Under the pieces are notes generated by a model that did not search any database, had not been told where the DNA came from, and saw nothing but the letters and a program-made list of their open reading frames with translations. A program made the position numbers and the translations under genes. A stretch of 64,000 bases of DNA from an uncultured Prevotellaceae bacterium (GTDB lineage: Bacteria; Bacteroidota; Bacteroidia; Bacteroidales; Bacteroidaceae): assembly GCA_947170495.1 (NCBI GenBank), contig CAMVUB010000002.1:11781-75780 (forward strand), read 5' to 3'. Below, piece by piece: positions 1 to 8,861 of the stretch. Positions within the stretch are counted from its first letter, which is position 1. Each line of letters opens with the position of its first letter.

Positions 1-345
1 GAGTGTCTCCATGCCGATATACGAGACCTCCACGGTAATGGCCTGCCCCTTGGGTACGGCCAGCGTGAACTTACCGTCGGCATCGGCCACGGCTCCCGCC
101 TTCGTCTCGCGCACACGGATGTTGGCACCGGGCAGCGTCTCGCCACTCGTGTCCTTCACCACACCCGTTAACAACAACTGGTCTGCGGAGATGGTAGCAG
201 GCCGTTGGGGCACAACGCCCTGCATGGGCACTTGAGCAAACAAAGCCGAAGACCCACTCCCAACCCCTCCCGTGGGGGAGGGGAGAAAAGTTACTTGAGC
301 GATTGTAAGGCTCAACGTTAATATGACTTTACACGTAATCCTCAT
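1..345 (-). CDS. TonB-dependent receptor (SusC/RagA-type), first 115 codons; gene continues past window start
   Basis: Absent from the ORF track because there is no stop in the window. From ATG 345 it reads MRITCKVILTLSLTIAQVTFLPSPTGGVGSGSSALFAQVPMQ...TGVVKDTSGETLPGANIRVRETKAGAVADADGKFTLAVPKGQAITVEVSYIGMETL. That is a signal peptide followed by the carboxypeptidase-regulatory-like domain that heads SusC-type receptors. Confidence 0.6.
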   Translation of the reverse strand, partial: MRITCKVILTLSLTIAQVTFLPSPTGGVGSGSSALFAQVPMQGVVPQRPATISADQLLLTGVVKDTSGETLPGANIRVRETKAGAVADADGKFTLAVPKGQAITVEVSYIGMETL

Positions 346-405
346 TTTGTTTTTTCTTATTCGGTAATCATCCCTCTCCCTCACGGGAGGGGTTTGGGGT
401 GGGTC
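251..405. repeat. GC-rich inverted-repeat junction cassette (arms 251-285 and 371-405)
   Basis: Arms are GACCCACTCCCAACCCCTCCCGTGGGGGAGGGGAG and TCCCTCTCCCTCACGGGAGGGGTTTGGGGTGGGTC. Confidence 0.85.
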
Positions 406-408
406 TTT

Positions 409-1173
409 CTATGGTTGTGTTTCGCCTTCTATGTAGTTCTCCATCCATAGTTGGTTGCCATCGAAGACGGCATAGGTGAACTGCGTGATCCAGTCGCCGA
501 GGATGAGGACACGAGCTGTGCGGGAGAGCATCAGGTCGAGTTCGATGTGGCGATGGCCGAAGAGGAAGTAATTGACGCCGGGATGCGATTGCAGATACTT
601 CTTGGCAAAGAGCACCAGATGCTCCTTGTTCTCGCCCTGGTAGGGCAGGATGCCGGCCGCTTCATGATCCAGACGGCTGTGCTTGGCCCAAGTCAGCCCC
701 ACCTCCAAGCCCCATCGGGGATGCACGCCGGCAAAGAAGAACTGCGCCACGCGGTTGTGGAAGAGCCAGCGCAGGAACTTGAACTTAGGGTCGGGGTCGC
801 CGAGGCCGTCGCCATGCGCCAAGAAGAACACTTTGTCGCCCAGTTCCAGCGTGAGCGGTTCGCGATGCACGATGACGCCACATTCCTTTTCCAGATAGTC
901 GAAAGCCCATATGTCATGGTTGCCCGTGAAGAAATGCACCTCCACGCCCAAGTCCGTGAGCTCGCTCACCTTGCCCAGGAAGCGGGTATAGCCCTTGGGT
1001 ACGACCAGCTTGTACTCATACCAGAAGTCAAACATATCGCCCAGCATATAGACGGCTCCCGCCTTGTCTTTGATGCTGTCGAGGAAACGAACCAGCCGCC
1101 GCTCCTGTGTGCGGGAGTGCTGGACGGCACGACTGCCCAGGTGGGCATCGGAAAGGAAATAGATGGGCTTCAC
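409..1173 (-). CDS. lpxH: UDP-2,3-diacylglucosamine diphosphatase
   Basis: 254 aa. Metallophosphoesterase motifs SDAHLG, GDMFDFW, GNHD and GHRH occur in LpxH order. GTG start. Confidence 0.8.
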   Translation of the reverse strand: MKPIYFLSDAHLGSRAVQHSRTQERRLVRFLDSIKDKAGAVYMLGDMFDFWYEYKLVVPKGYTRFLGKVSELTDLGVEVHFFTGNHDIWAFDYLEKECGVIVHREPLTLELGDKVFFLAHGDGLGDPDPKFKFLRWLFHNRVAQFFFAGVHPRWGLEVGLTWAKHSRLDHEAAGILPYQGENKEHLVLFAKKYLQSHPGVNYFLFGHRHIELDLMLSRTARVLILGDWITQFTYAVFDGNQLWMENYIEGETQP

Positions 1174-1237
1174 TATTTTACAATTTTACAATTTACAATT
1201 TTACAATTATTCGCCCCCTTGGGGGGCCATAGGGGGC

Positions 1238-1552
1238 TTAAAGCATGCCCAGTTCTAACTTGGCTTCTTCGCTCATCATGTCCTTGTCCCATTCGGGTTC
1301 AAAGACGAGGTTCACGTTGACGGTCTTCAGTCCCTCGATGCTCTCCAGCTTCTGGCGCACATCCTCGAGGATGAAGTCGGCCATGGGACAGGAGGGGGCT
1401 GTCATCGTCATGTCCACGTCGAGCTGCGTGAGGTCGTCGCTCAGCTCGATGCGATAGATGAGGCCCAAGTCATATACATTGACCGGTATCTCTGGGTCAT
1501 AGACCGTCTTGAGCATCTCAACGATTTTATCTTCTAATTGTAACTTATCCAT
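1238..1552 (-). CDS. DUF59/MIP18-family Fe-S assembly protein (SufT/PaaD-like)
   Basis: VYDPEIPVNVYDLGLIY and TMTAPSCPMA motifs. ATG at 1552 is preferred over the TTG at 1564 used by the track. Confidence 0.8.
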   Translation of the reverse strand: MDKLQLEDKIVEMLKTVYDPEIPVNVYDLGLIYRIELSDDLTQLDVDMTMTAPSCPMADFILEDVRQKLESIEGLKTVNVNLVFEPEWDKDMMSEEAKLELGML

Positions 1553-1582
1553 TGAATCATTCAATTTTTCAATCTTTCAATT

Positions 1583-2338
1583 TTATATTCTCCCTTGTTC
1601 CTTATAGCTGTAGTAGCTGCCATCGGTGACGATGATGTGGTCCAGGAACTTGAGGTTCATGAGTTTGCATGCCCTCTGCAGGTGGTCTGTGAGTTGGTCA
1701 TCCTCGGGCGAGGGCTTGATGCTGCCCGAGGGATGGTTATGGGCGAAAGCGACGGTGGGCGCCTGACGTATCAGCGCCTCGCGCACGACCAGTCGCACAT
1801 CCACGGTCACGCCTGTGATGCCTCCTTTGCTAATGAGGAAGGGACGACCAGCGAGGCTGTTGTCGGCACGCAGGTAGATGGCATAGCTCTCCTCGTGGCC
1901 GTGGTCACGCACCAGCGGCAGCATCACGTGGTACAGATCGACGGAGGACTTCACATAGCGTTTCTCCTCAGCGGCCTCCATCAGGCGGCGCTTGCCCAGT
2001 TCGCAGGCGGCCAGGATGCTGACGGCCTTGGCGGGGCCAAGTCCCTTATAGTTCTTTGTCAAGTCGTTCAGGGACAGACGGCTCAACGTCTTCAGACTCC
2101 CCCCGCAGTCGGCCAGCAGGCGCTGCATGAGCTGCACGGCCGTCTCCTCCGTGTTGCCCGAGCCAATCAGGATGGCCAGCAACTCAGCAGGCGACAAGGC
2201 TGCCGCGCCCTGCTCCATCAACCGCTCACGCGGCCGCTCGTCTATGGGGAGTTGCTTAAGAGTTAGGGACCCACCCCCAACCCCTCCCGTAATGGAGGGG
2301 AGTTGTTGGCGCGTTGTAGTATGATGAATTTTTTCCAT
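1583..2338 (-). CDS. radC: RadC-family JAMM protein (UPF0758)
   Basis: PIDERPRERL, LSPAELLAILIGSG and a C-terminal HNHPSGSIKPSPED motif. The first ~25 codons are encoded by the repeat cassette at 2268-2426. Confidence 0.8.
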   Translation of the reverse strand: MEKIHHTTTRQQLPSITGGVGGGSLTLKQLPIDERPRERLMEQGAAALSPAELLAILIGSGNTEETAVQLMQRLLADCGGSLKTLSRLSLNDLTKNYKGLGPAKAVSILAACELGKRRLMEAAEEKRYVKSSVDLYHVMLPLVRDHGHEESYAIYLRADNSLAGRPFLISKGGITGVTVDVRLVVREALIRQAPTVAFAHNHPSGSIKPSPEDDQLTDHLQRACKLMNLKFLDHIIVTDGSYYSYKEQGRI

Positions 2339-2426
2339 TTGTTTTTTCGATATTCCGTTATTTCGATTTCCTCATCCCGTCTTTTCCCCTTCTCCCCTCC
2401 ATCACGGGAGGGGTCGGGGGTGGGTC
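2268..2426. repeat. GC-rich inverted-repeat junction cassette (arms 2268-2302 and 2392-2426)
   Basis: Arms are GACCCACCCCCAACCCCTCCCGTAATGGAGGGGAG and CTCCCCTCCATCACGGGAGGGGTCGGGGGTGGGTC. Confidence 0.85.
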
Positions 2427-3508
2427 TATTTATACAGTAACTCATTTCCATCGAAGCCTTCGTCTTTGCGCTTCAGGATCATGCGTTTCCAGAAAGCGCT
2501 GAGGAAGCCTGCGCCGTAGCCCGTCAGCTGGATGAACGAGGCGGGGATGCTGAGCAGGCCCACCCATAGACTGCGATTACGGATGGAGGAGTCTATGAGA
2601 ATGAGGAGGGAAAAGAGGAGCAGGGGGAGTAAGGCCAGCGCCATCACACCAGCGCCCAGATAGGCCACCGCCATCCCCATATTGCAACCTTCTTGCGTGC
2701 AGGTGCCCAAGCCCAGGAGCACAAGCACCAGCCCGAAGAGAAAGAGCAAGGCCAAGAGCGCACAGCCCACGGTGAAGACCGCCGGCAACGCATGCACCAG
2801 CTTCATCGTACCGGGATGCAGCAGCTGCAGGTTGATGCGCGCCACGCCTGAGTTGCGCACCTGTCGGAAGAACTTACGGAAGTCCGTGCGACGTTTGTGC
2901 CACACCCATGCATCGGGGAACAGCCGGCAACGGGCACCGGCCTCGCAGATGCGGTAGCTGAAATCGATGTCCTCGCCGAAGCGCATTTTGCGGAAGCCGC
3001 CCAGCTGCTGCCACAGCGCGCGACTCACGCCCATATTGAACGAGCGGGGGTAGAACTTGTCGAGTTTCTGTTTGCCACCTCGGATGCCACCCGTGGTGAA
3101 GAACGAGGTCATCGAGTAGCTGATGGCCTTCTGCACGGGCGTGAAGTCGGGGTGAGCACGGTCGGGACCGCCAAAGGCGTCGCAAGGCGTGTCCTCCAGT
3201 GCCGTCGTGATGGCGGCAAGATAGCCGGGCGGCAGCACCACGTCGGAGTCCAGCACGATGAGATAGTCCCCCGCAGCCCGCTCCGCACCATAGTTGCGGG
3301 CAGCCCCCGGGCCACCGTTCTCCTTCATGTAGTAATGGATGTCCAGTCGGTTGGCGAAGTGGTCACAGACCTCGCGGCAGGGAATGTCCGAGCCGTCCTC
3401 CACGATATGGACATCGAAATCCCGGCAGGTCTGCTTCGACAGGCTCGCCAGCAACTCCGCCACCTCCTGGGGGCGGTTATAGACGGGAACAATGATGCTG
3501 TATCTCAT
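2426..3508 (-). CDS. Family 2 glycosyltransferase with C-terminal membrane segments
   Basis: The start was moved to ATG 3508 (MRYSIIVPVYNRP..., VEDGSD, LDSD). The track's 61-aa extension runs through the promoter repeat. A hydrophobic C-terminus follows. Confidence 0.75.
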   Translation of the reverse strand: MRYSIIVPVYNRPQEVAELLASLSKQTCRDFDVHIVEDGSDIPCREVCDHFANRLDIHYYMKENGGPGAARNYGAERAAGDYLIVLDSDVVLPPGYLAAITTALEDTPCDAFGGPDRAHPDFTPVQKAISYSMTSFFTTGGIRGGKQKLDKFYPRSFNMGVSRALWQQLGGFRKMRFGEDIDFSYRICEAGARCRLFPDAWVWHKRRTDFRKFFRQVRNSGVARINLQLLHPGTMKLVHALPAVFTVGCALLALLFLFGLVLVLLGLGTCTQEGCNMGMAVAYLGAGVMALALLPLLLFSLLILIDSSIRNRSLWVGLLSIPASFIQLTGYGAGFLSAFWKRMILKRKDEGFDGNELLYK

Positions 3509-3530
3509 CTTTTGTGTTCGTTTTGCGGGA

Positions 3531-3538
3531 CAAAGATA
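3531..3538 (-). promoter_or_regulatory. -7 box TATCTTTG for GT2 gene
   Basis: 22 nt upstream of ATG 3508. Confidence 0.5.
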
Positions 3539-3542
3539 CATC

Positions 3543-3676
3543 TTTTTTAATTGACAATTGACAATTGACAGTTGAAAGTTGCCGTAAGAATCTAAAAAAT
3601 GTTCAAAATCATCCTCTTTGCAGATAAAAACTTTAAACTTTAAACCATCAACTTTAAACTTTTTATTTACCTTTGC
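3543..3676 (+). repeat. ~132-bp duplicated divergent-promoter module, copy 1
   Basis: T6-(TTGACAA)x3-GTTGAAAGTTG...TAAGAATCTAAAAAATGTTCAAAATCATCCTCTTTGCAGATAAA...(AAACTTT)n...TTACCTTTGC. Near-identical to 8723-8854. Confidence 0.9.
3668..3675 (+). promoter_or_regulatory. -7 box TACCTTTG for GH35 gene
   Basis: 35 nt upstream of ATG 3711. Terminal part of the duplicated module. Confidence 0.5.
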
Positions 3677-3710
3677 CCTCGAAATGTTCACAAATCAACG
3701 CTTCACACGC

Positions 3711-5813
3711 ATGAAACTCCGTCATCTCCTCACCGCCTTGGCACTCGCAGGTGCCATCGCCGCCTACGGCGCCCCTACCCTCTCTGACAACGCCTCCGTG
3801 TTCGGCCAACCCGTCACATGGGACCGCCATAGCCTCCTCATCAACGGCCAGCGCCTCTGCGGTGTGATGGGCGAGGTGCACTACTCCCGCATCCCCGCCA
3901 GTGAGTGGCGTCAGGAGGTGCAGAAGATGAAGGCGGGCGGCATCACGATGATCGCGTGCTACGTCTTCTGGAACCATATCGAGGAGCTGGAAAACCAGTT
4001 CGACTGGAGCGGACAGCGCAACCTGCGCGCCTTCCTGGAAGTGTGCAAGGAGGAGGCTCTACCTGTCGTGCTGCGCATGGGCCCCTTCTGTCACGGCGAA
4101 GTGCGCAACGGAGGCATCCCCGACTGGGTGGTGCGCTCGGGCTGTAAACTGCGCTCCGAGGACGCCCGTTTTCTGGCCTACACAGAACGCTTCTACAGAC
4201 AGATCTTCACACAGGTGCAAGGCCTGCAGTGGAAGGACGGCGGCCCCGTGGTGGCGGCTCAGTTCGACAACGAATATGGCGGCCACGGCTCCTACCTGAT
4301 GGCCCTCAAGCGCATCGCCCTCGCCATCGGCTTCGACCTACCCTTCTACACCCGTACGGGGTGGCCCGAGCTGGCATCCCCGGTGCCCTTCGGCGAGATG
4401 ATACCCCTCTACGGCGACTATGCCGACGGCTTCTGGGACCGCAGCACCCGCGAGGGAGCCGGCACCTACTACAAAGCTTTCAACTTCCGCGCCCAGCGCA
4501 CCAGCACCGCCATCGCCAGCGAGCAGTTGCAGCAGCAGGAGGGCACGGCCGCCAACGCCGGCGCACAGCAGTATCCCTATTTCACCTGTGAGCTGGGCGG
4601 TGGCATGATGCAGAGCTACCACCGCCGCATCTACACCTACCCCATCGATGCCTATGCGATGGCTGTGGTGAAGCTGGGCAGCGGCTCGAATCTGCTGGGC
4701 TACTATATGTACCACGGCGGCACCAACCCCTATAGCAAGGTGGCAGACACCTACCTGAATGAGACACAGCGCTGTCTGGTCACCAACTACAACGACCTGC
4801 CCGTGCTCAGCTATGACTTTCAGGCTCCGCTGGGCGAGTTCGGACAGGTGAACCCGCACTACTTCCTCCTGCGCAAGCTGCATCTCTTCATGCAGGACTA
4901 CGGCACGCTCCTCGCGCCCATGGAAGCGGTCTTCCCCTGCGCACAGGACATCAAGCAGCGCGATGACAGCCACCTGCGCTGGAGCTACCGCAAGGGCGAC
5001 GGCCCCGAGGCCTTTGTCTTCGTCAACAACTACGAGCGCTTCGCCGACCTCACACCTAAAGCCAACGTGCGCTTTGAGGTCAGCGGCGTGACCTTCCCCT
5101 CGAAGCCCATCACGATACCCGCCGCCACCGCCTGCATTTTCCCCGTGAATGTCGATGGTATCCGCTATGCCACGGCACAGCTCATCGCCCATCGCGACGG
5201 CAAGATCTTTCTGGAACAGATTCCGGGCATCCCCACCGAGATTGCCCTGCAGGACGGCAAGGTGCTGAAGAACGTCAAGGCACGCGGCACCGCGAAACCC
5301 GTCTATCAGAACATCTATCTCATCGACAGCGAGACGGCAGGCACACTGAGCTTGGAACAGCCCGTGCGAGGCCTCGCGAAAGGGGCTGAACAGCCGGTGT
5401 CCTTCACGCGGTTGAGGGAAGCGTCCGCCCTGCGCACCATCACGGTGGGCGCCAAGAAGGTTGCAGAAGGACCCACGGATGCCGACTTCGAAGCCGCAGC
5501 GGTCTATCGCATCGACCTCCCCGCTGACAGCACTGCACGTCAGCGCCTGCTGCGCATCCACTACCGCGGCGACGTGGCACGCCTCTACGCTATCACCCAG
5601 GAGGGAGATGCAAAAAAAGCCCATCTCATCGATGATAGTTTCTATAACGGGCTACCTTTCCTCTATGGTCTTTGGCGCCTGCCGGAGGGCTGCCACACGT
5701 TGGAGCTCCGCATCCTGCCCCTGCAAAAGGAGATGCCCGTCTATTTCCCTCGCGAGGCCGACACGACACCCGGAGAAGCCGTCACTTCCGTCAGCATTCA
5801 GGAACTTTTCTAA
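3711..5813 (+). CDS. GH35 beta-galactosidase, secreted
   Basis: Signal peptide MKLRHLLTALALAGAIAA. GH35 N-terminal block GEVHYSRIP...YVFWNHIE...LRMGPFCHGEVRNGGIPDW. The start is ATG 3711 (3684 is possible). The track start at 3618 lies upstream of the -7 box. Confidence 0.8.
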   Translation: MKLRHLLTALALAGAIAAYGAPTLSDNASVFGQPVTWDRHSLLINGQRLCGVMGEVHYSRIPASEWRQEVQKMKAGGITMIACYVFWNHIEELENQFDWSGQRNLRAFLEVCKEEALPVVLRMGPFCHGEVRNGGIPDWVVRSGCKLRSEDARFLAYTERFYRQIFTQVQGLQWKDGGPVVAAQFDNEYGGHGSYLMALKRIALAIGFDLPFYTRTGWPELASPVPFGEMIPLYGDYADGFWDRSTREGAGTYYKAFNFRAQRTSTAIASEQLQQQEGTAANAGAQQYPYFTCELGGGMMQSYHRRIYTYPIDAYAMAVVKLGSGSNLLGYYMYHGGTNPYSKVADTYLNETQRCLVTNYNDLPVLSYDFQAPLGEFGQVNPHYFLLRKLHLFMQDYGTLLAPMEAVFPCAQDIKQRDDSHLRWSYRKGDGPEAFVFVNNYERFADLTPKANVRFEVSGVTFPSKPITIPAATACIFPVNVDGIRYATAQLIAHRDGKIFLEQIPGIPTEIALQDGKVLKNVKARGTAKPVYQNIYLIDSETAGTLSLEQPVRGLAKGAEQPVSFTRLREASALRTITVGAKKVAEGPTDADFEAAAVYRIDLPADSTARQRLLRIHYRGDVARLYAITQEGDAKKAHLIDDSFYNGLPFLYGLWRLPEGCHTLELRILPLQKEMPVYFPREADTTPGEAVTSVSIQELF

Positions 5814-5853
5814 GTTTTTACGACCTTTTCTTTGTCTGTTAACTAAAAACCCT

Positions 5854-5861
5854 TACCTTTG
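5854..5861 (+). promoter_or_regulatory. -7 box TACCTTTG with -33 TTTG (5831-5834) for fumB
   Basis: 19-nt spacing between the boxes, and a 96-nt leader. Confidence 0.55.
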
Positions 5862-5957
5862 TGGCGCAAAATCCCTTTTGAGCCCTTGAACCCTTGAGCC
5901 CTTGAACCCTTGAACCCTTTAAACTTTAAACATTAAACTTTAAACTTTATATACAAT

Positions 5958-7604
5958 ATGGCTAACAAACCCGATTTCAAGTACGCCCCGATGTTTCAGC
6001 TGGGCGAAGACAAGACACAGTATCGCCTCCTGACGAAGGAGGGCGTCACCACCTCCACTTTCGAGGGCAAGGAGATCGTGAAGGTCTCCAAGGAAGCCCT
6101 GACACTGCTGGCCCAGCAGGCCTTCCACGATGTGGAGTTCATGCTGCGCCGCGAGCATAACCTGCAGGTGGCTGCCATCCTCAATGACCCCGAGGCCAGC
6201 GAGAACGACAAGTACGTGGCCCTGCAGTTCCTGCGCAATGCCGAGGTGGCCGCCAAGGGCATCCTGCCCTTCTGCCAGGACACCGGCACCGCCATCATCC
6301 ACGGCGAGAAAGGCCAGCAGGTGTGGACGGGCTTCGAGGACGAAGAGGCCCTCTCACGCGGCGTCTTCAACACCTTCACGCAGGACAACCTGCGCTACTC
6401 GCAGAACGCCCCGCTGAACATGTACGACGAGGTCAACACGCGCTGCAACCTGCCCGCACAGATTGACATCGAGGCCACCGAGGGCGCCGAGTACCGCTTC
6501 GTGATGGTCGCCAAGGGTGGCGGCTCGGCCAACAAGACCTATTTCTACCCGATGACCAAGGCCACCATCCAGAACGAGGGTACGCTCATCCCGTTCCTCG
6601 TGGAAAAGATGAAGAGCCTCGGCACGGCAGCCTGCCCGCCTTACCACATCGCTTTCGTCATCGGCGGCACTTCCGCCGAGAAGAACTTGCTGACGGTGAA
6701 GCTGGCTTCGATCAAGTACTACGACAGCCTGCCCACGACGGGCGACGAGACGGGTCGCGCCTTCCGCGACATCGACCTGGAGAAGAAGCTGCTGAAGGAA
6801 GCTCACAACATCGGTTTGGGCGCCCAGTTCGGCGGCAAGTACGTGGCCCACGACATCCGCGTCATCCGTCTGCCGCGCCACGGCGCCAGCTGCCCCATCG
6901 GCATGGGCGTGAGCTGCTCCGCCGACCGCAACATCAAGGCCAAGATCAACCGCGACGGCGTGTGGCTGGAAGTCATGGACAGTAACCCCACCGAGCTCAT
7001 CCCCGAGGCACTGCGCCGTCCGGGCGAGGGCACGAAGGGCATTGAGATCGACCTCTCGAAGGGCATCGATGCCGTGCGCGCCGAACTCACCAAATATCCT
7101 GTCAGCACGCGCGTGAACCTTAAAGGTACTATCATTGTGGCGCGCGACATCGCCCATGCCAAGCTGAAAGCACGCCTCGACGCCGGCGAGGGTATGCCCG
7201 AATACTTCAAGAAATACCCTGTCCTCTATGCCGGTCCCGCCAAGACGCCCGAGGGCTACCCCTGCGGCTCCATGGGTCCCACGACGGCCAACCGCATGGA
7301 CCCCTACGTGGATGAGTTCCAGGACAATGGCGCCAGCCTCGTGATGATCGCCAAGGGCAACCGCTCGCAGGCCGTCACCGATGCCTGCAAGAAGCACGGC
7401 GGCTTCTACCTGGGCACCATCGGCGGCGTCGCTGCCGTCCTCTCGCAGTCGAGCATCAAGTCCATCGAGTGTGTGGAATATCCCGAGCTGGGCATGGAAG
7501 CCATCTGGAAGATCGAGGTCGAGGACTTCCCCGCCTTCATCCTCGTGGATGACAAGGGCAACGACTTCTTCCAGCAACTCAAGCCCCTCTGCTGCAAGAA
7601 CTAA
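5958..7604 (+). CDS. fumB: Class I (Fe-S) fumarate hydratase
   Basis: 548 aa fused alpha/beta class I fumarase. Contains CQDTGTAII, a GGGSANK-type block and a C-terminal GPTTANRMD block. Confidence 0.9.
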   Translation: MANKPDFKYAPMFQLGEDKTQYRLLTKEGVTTSTFEGKEIVKVSKEALTLLAQQAFHDVEFMLRREHNLQVAAILNDPEASENDKYVALQFLRNAEVAAKGILPFCQDTGTAIIHGEKGQQVWTGFEDEEALSRGVFNTFTQDNLRYSQNAPLNMYDEVNTRCNLPAQIDIEATEGAEYRFVMVAKGGGSANKTYFYPMTKATIQNEGTLIPFLVEKMKSLGTAACPPYHIAFVIGGTSAEKNLLTVKLASIKYYDSLPTTGDETGRAFRDIDLEKKLLKEAHNIGLGAQFGGKYVAHDIRVIRLPRHGASCPIGMGVSCSADRNIKAKINRDGVWLEVMDSNPTELIPEALRRPGEGTKGIEIDLSKGIDAVRAELTKYPVSTRVNLKGTIIVARDIAHAKLKARLDAGEGMPEYFKKYPVLYAGPAKTPEGYPCGSMGPTTANRMDPYVDEFQDNGASLVMIAKGNRSQAVTDACKKHGGFYLGTIGGVAAVLSQSSIKSIECVEYPELGMEAIWKIEVEDFPAFILVDDKGNDFFQQLKPLCCKN

Positions 7605-7616
7605 GAAGCAAAAGAA

Positions 7617-7650
7617 GAAGGCGCAACCTGCGGGCTGCGCCTTCTTTTTG
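7617..7650. terminator. Bidirectional Rho-independent terminator between fumB and asd
   Basis: GAAGGCGCA-N10-TGCGCCTTC, a perfect 9-bp stem. It is flanked by TTTTT on the plus strand and a T-rich run on the minus strand. Confidence 0.75.
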
Positions 7651-7663
7651 TGTCTGCTTTTGT

Positions 7664-8674
7664 TTATTTGATGTTGCCGACCTTGATGAGGTACTCGGCA
7701 ATCTGCACGGCATTGAGGGCCGCGCCCTTCTTGATCTGGTCGCCGCAGAGCCAGAATGTCAAGCCGTTCTCGTTGGCCAAGTCCTTACGCACGCGGCCCA
7801 CAAAGACCTCGTCCTTGCCGGCCGTGAACAGCGGCATCGGGTACTTCTTGTTGGCGGGATCATCGATGAGCGTGATGCCCTCGGCGTTGGCAAACGCCTC
7901 GCGCGCCTGCTCCGGCGTGATGGGCGTCTCGGTCTCTATCCAAACGGCTTCGGAGTGGCTGCGCAGCGAGGGCACACGCACACACATGGCGGAGCAGGCG
8001 GCATCGGTGTGCATGATCTTGCGCGTCTCGTTGAACATCTTCATCTCCTCCTTCGTGTAGCCGTTGTCGGTGAAGACATCGATCTGGGGGATGACGTTGT
8101 AGGCCAGCTGATAGGCGAACTTCTCCACGGGCGGCTCCTTGCCGTCGAGGACGGCGCGGTACTGCTGCTCCAACTCAGCCATCGCGGCGGCACCGGCACC
8201 GCTGGCAGCCTGGTAGCTGGCGATGTGGATGCGCTTGATGTGGGAAATCTTCTCCAGGGGCTGCAGGCAGACGACCATCATGATGGTGGTGCAGTTCGGG
8301 TTGGCGATGATGTTGCGCGGGCGGTTGAGGGCATCCTCGGCATTGCACTCGGGAACGACGAGGGGCACGTCGGCGTCCATGCGGAAGGCGCTGGAGTTGT
8401 CGATCATCACGGCACCGTGCTTGGTGATGGTCTCGGCAAACTCCTTGGAGGTGCCGCCGCCAGCGGAGGTGAAGGCGATATCTACGCCCTTGAAATCGTC
8501 GTTGTGCTGCAGCAGCTTCACTTCATACTCCTTGCCGCGGAAGGTGTATTTACGGCCGGCGCTGCGCTCGCTGCCGAAGAGCACGAGGTCATCGATGGGG
8601 AAATGGCGCTCGTCGAGAACGCGGAGAAACTCTTGGCCTACGGCACCGCTGGCGCCTACGATTGCTACTTTCAT
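7664..8674 (-). CDS. asd: Aspartate-semialdehyde dehydrogenase
   Basis: 336 aa. [17 protein letters not shown]-binding motif, active-site region NPNCTTI, and a C-terminal [17 protein letters not shown] block. Confidence 0.9.
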   Translation of the reverse strand: MKVAIVGASGAVGQEFLRVLDERHFPIDDLVLFGSERSAGRKYTFRGKEYEVKLLQHNDDFKGVDIAFTSAGGGTSKEFAETITKHGAVMIDNSSAFRMDADVPLVVPECNAEDALNRPRNIIANPNCTTIMMVVCLQPLEKISHIKRIHIASYQAASGAGAAAMAELEQQYRAVLDGKEPPVEKFAYQLAYNVIPQIDVFTDNGYTKEEMKMFNETRKIMHTDAACSAMCVRVPSLRSHSEAVWIETETPITPEQAREAFANAEGITLIDDPANKKYPMPLFTAGKDEVFVGRVRKDLANENGLTFWLCGDQIKKGAALNAVQIAEYLIKVGNIK

Positions 8675-8710
8675 TATTCTTCGTTTAACGTTTTGCGTTT
8701 AAATCGGGCG

Positions 8711-8718
8711 CAAAGGTA
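8711..8718 (-). promoter_or_regulatory. -7 box TACCTTTG for asd
   Basis: 36 nt upstream of ATG 8674. Confidence 0.5.
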
Positions 8719-8722
8719 CGTA

Positions 8723-8854
8723 TTTTTTAGTTGACAATTGACAATTGACAGTTGAAAGTTGATATAAGAATCTAAAAAATGTTCAAAATCATCCTCTTTG
8801 CAGATAAATCTTTAAACTTTAAACTATCAACTTTAAACTTTTTCTTACCTTTGC
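8723..8854 (+). repeat. ~132-bp duplicated divergent-promoter module, copy 2
   Basis: See copy 1. It differs only by a handful of substitutions and two short indels, judged by eye. Confidence 0.9.
8846..8853 (+). promoter_or_regulatory. -7 box TACCTTTG for antiporter, 8 nt before ATG
   Basis: Terminal part of the duplicated module. Implies a leaderless or near-leaderless mRNA. Confidence 0.5.
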
Positions 8855-8861
8855 ACCCGCA

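Noticed and set aside
11-235. A 74-aa plus-strand ORF at the window start.
   Set aside because: It is antisense to the clearly recognisable SusC-type receptor N-terminus.
3509-3691. The N-terminal 61-aa extension of the GT2 ORF, and the 3618 start of the GH35 ORF.
   Set aside because: Both extensions run through the duplicated promoter module and across the opposing gene's -7 box. The conserved protein cores begin at ATG 3508 and ATG 3711.
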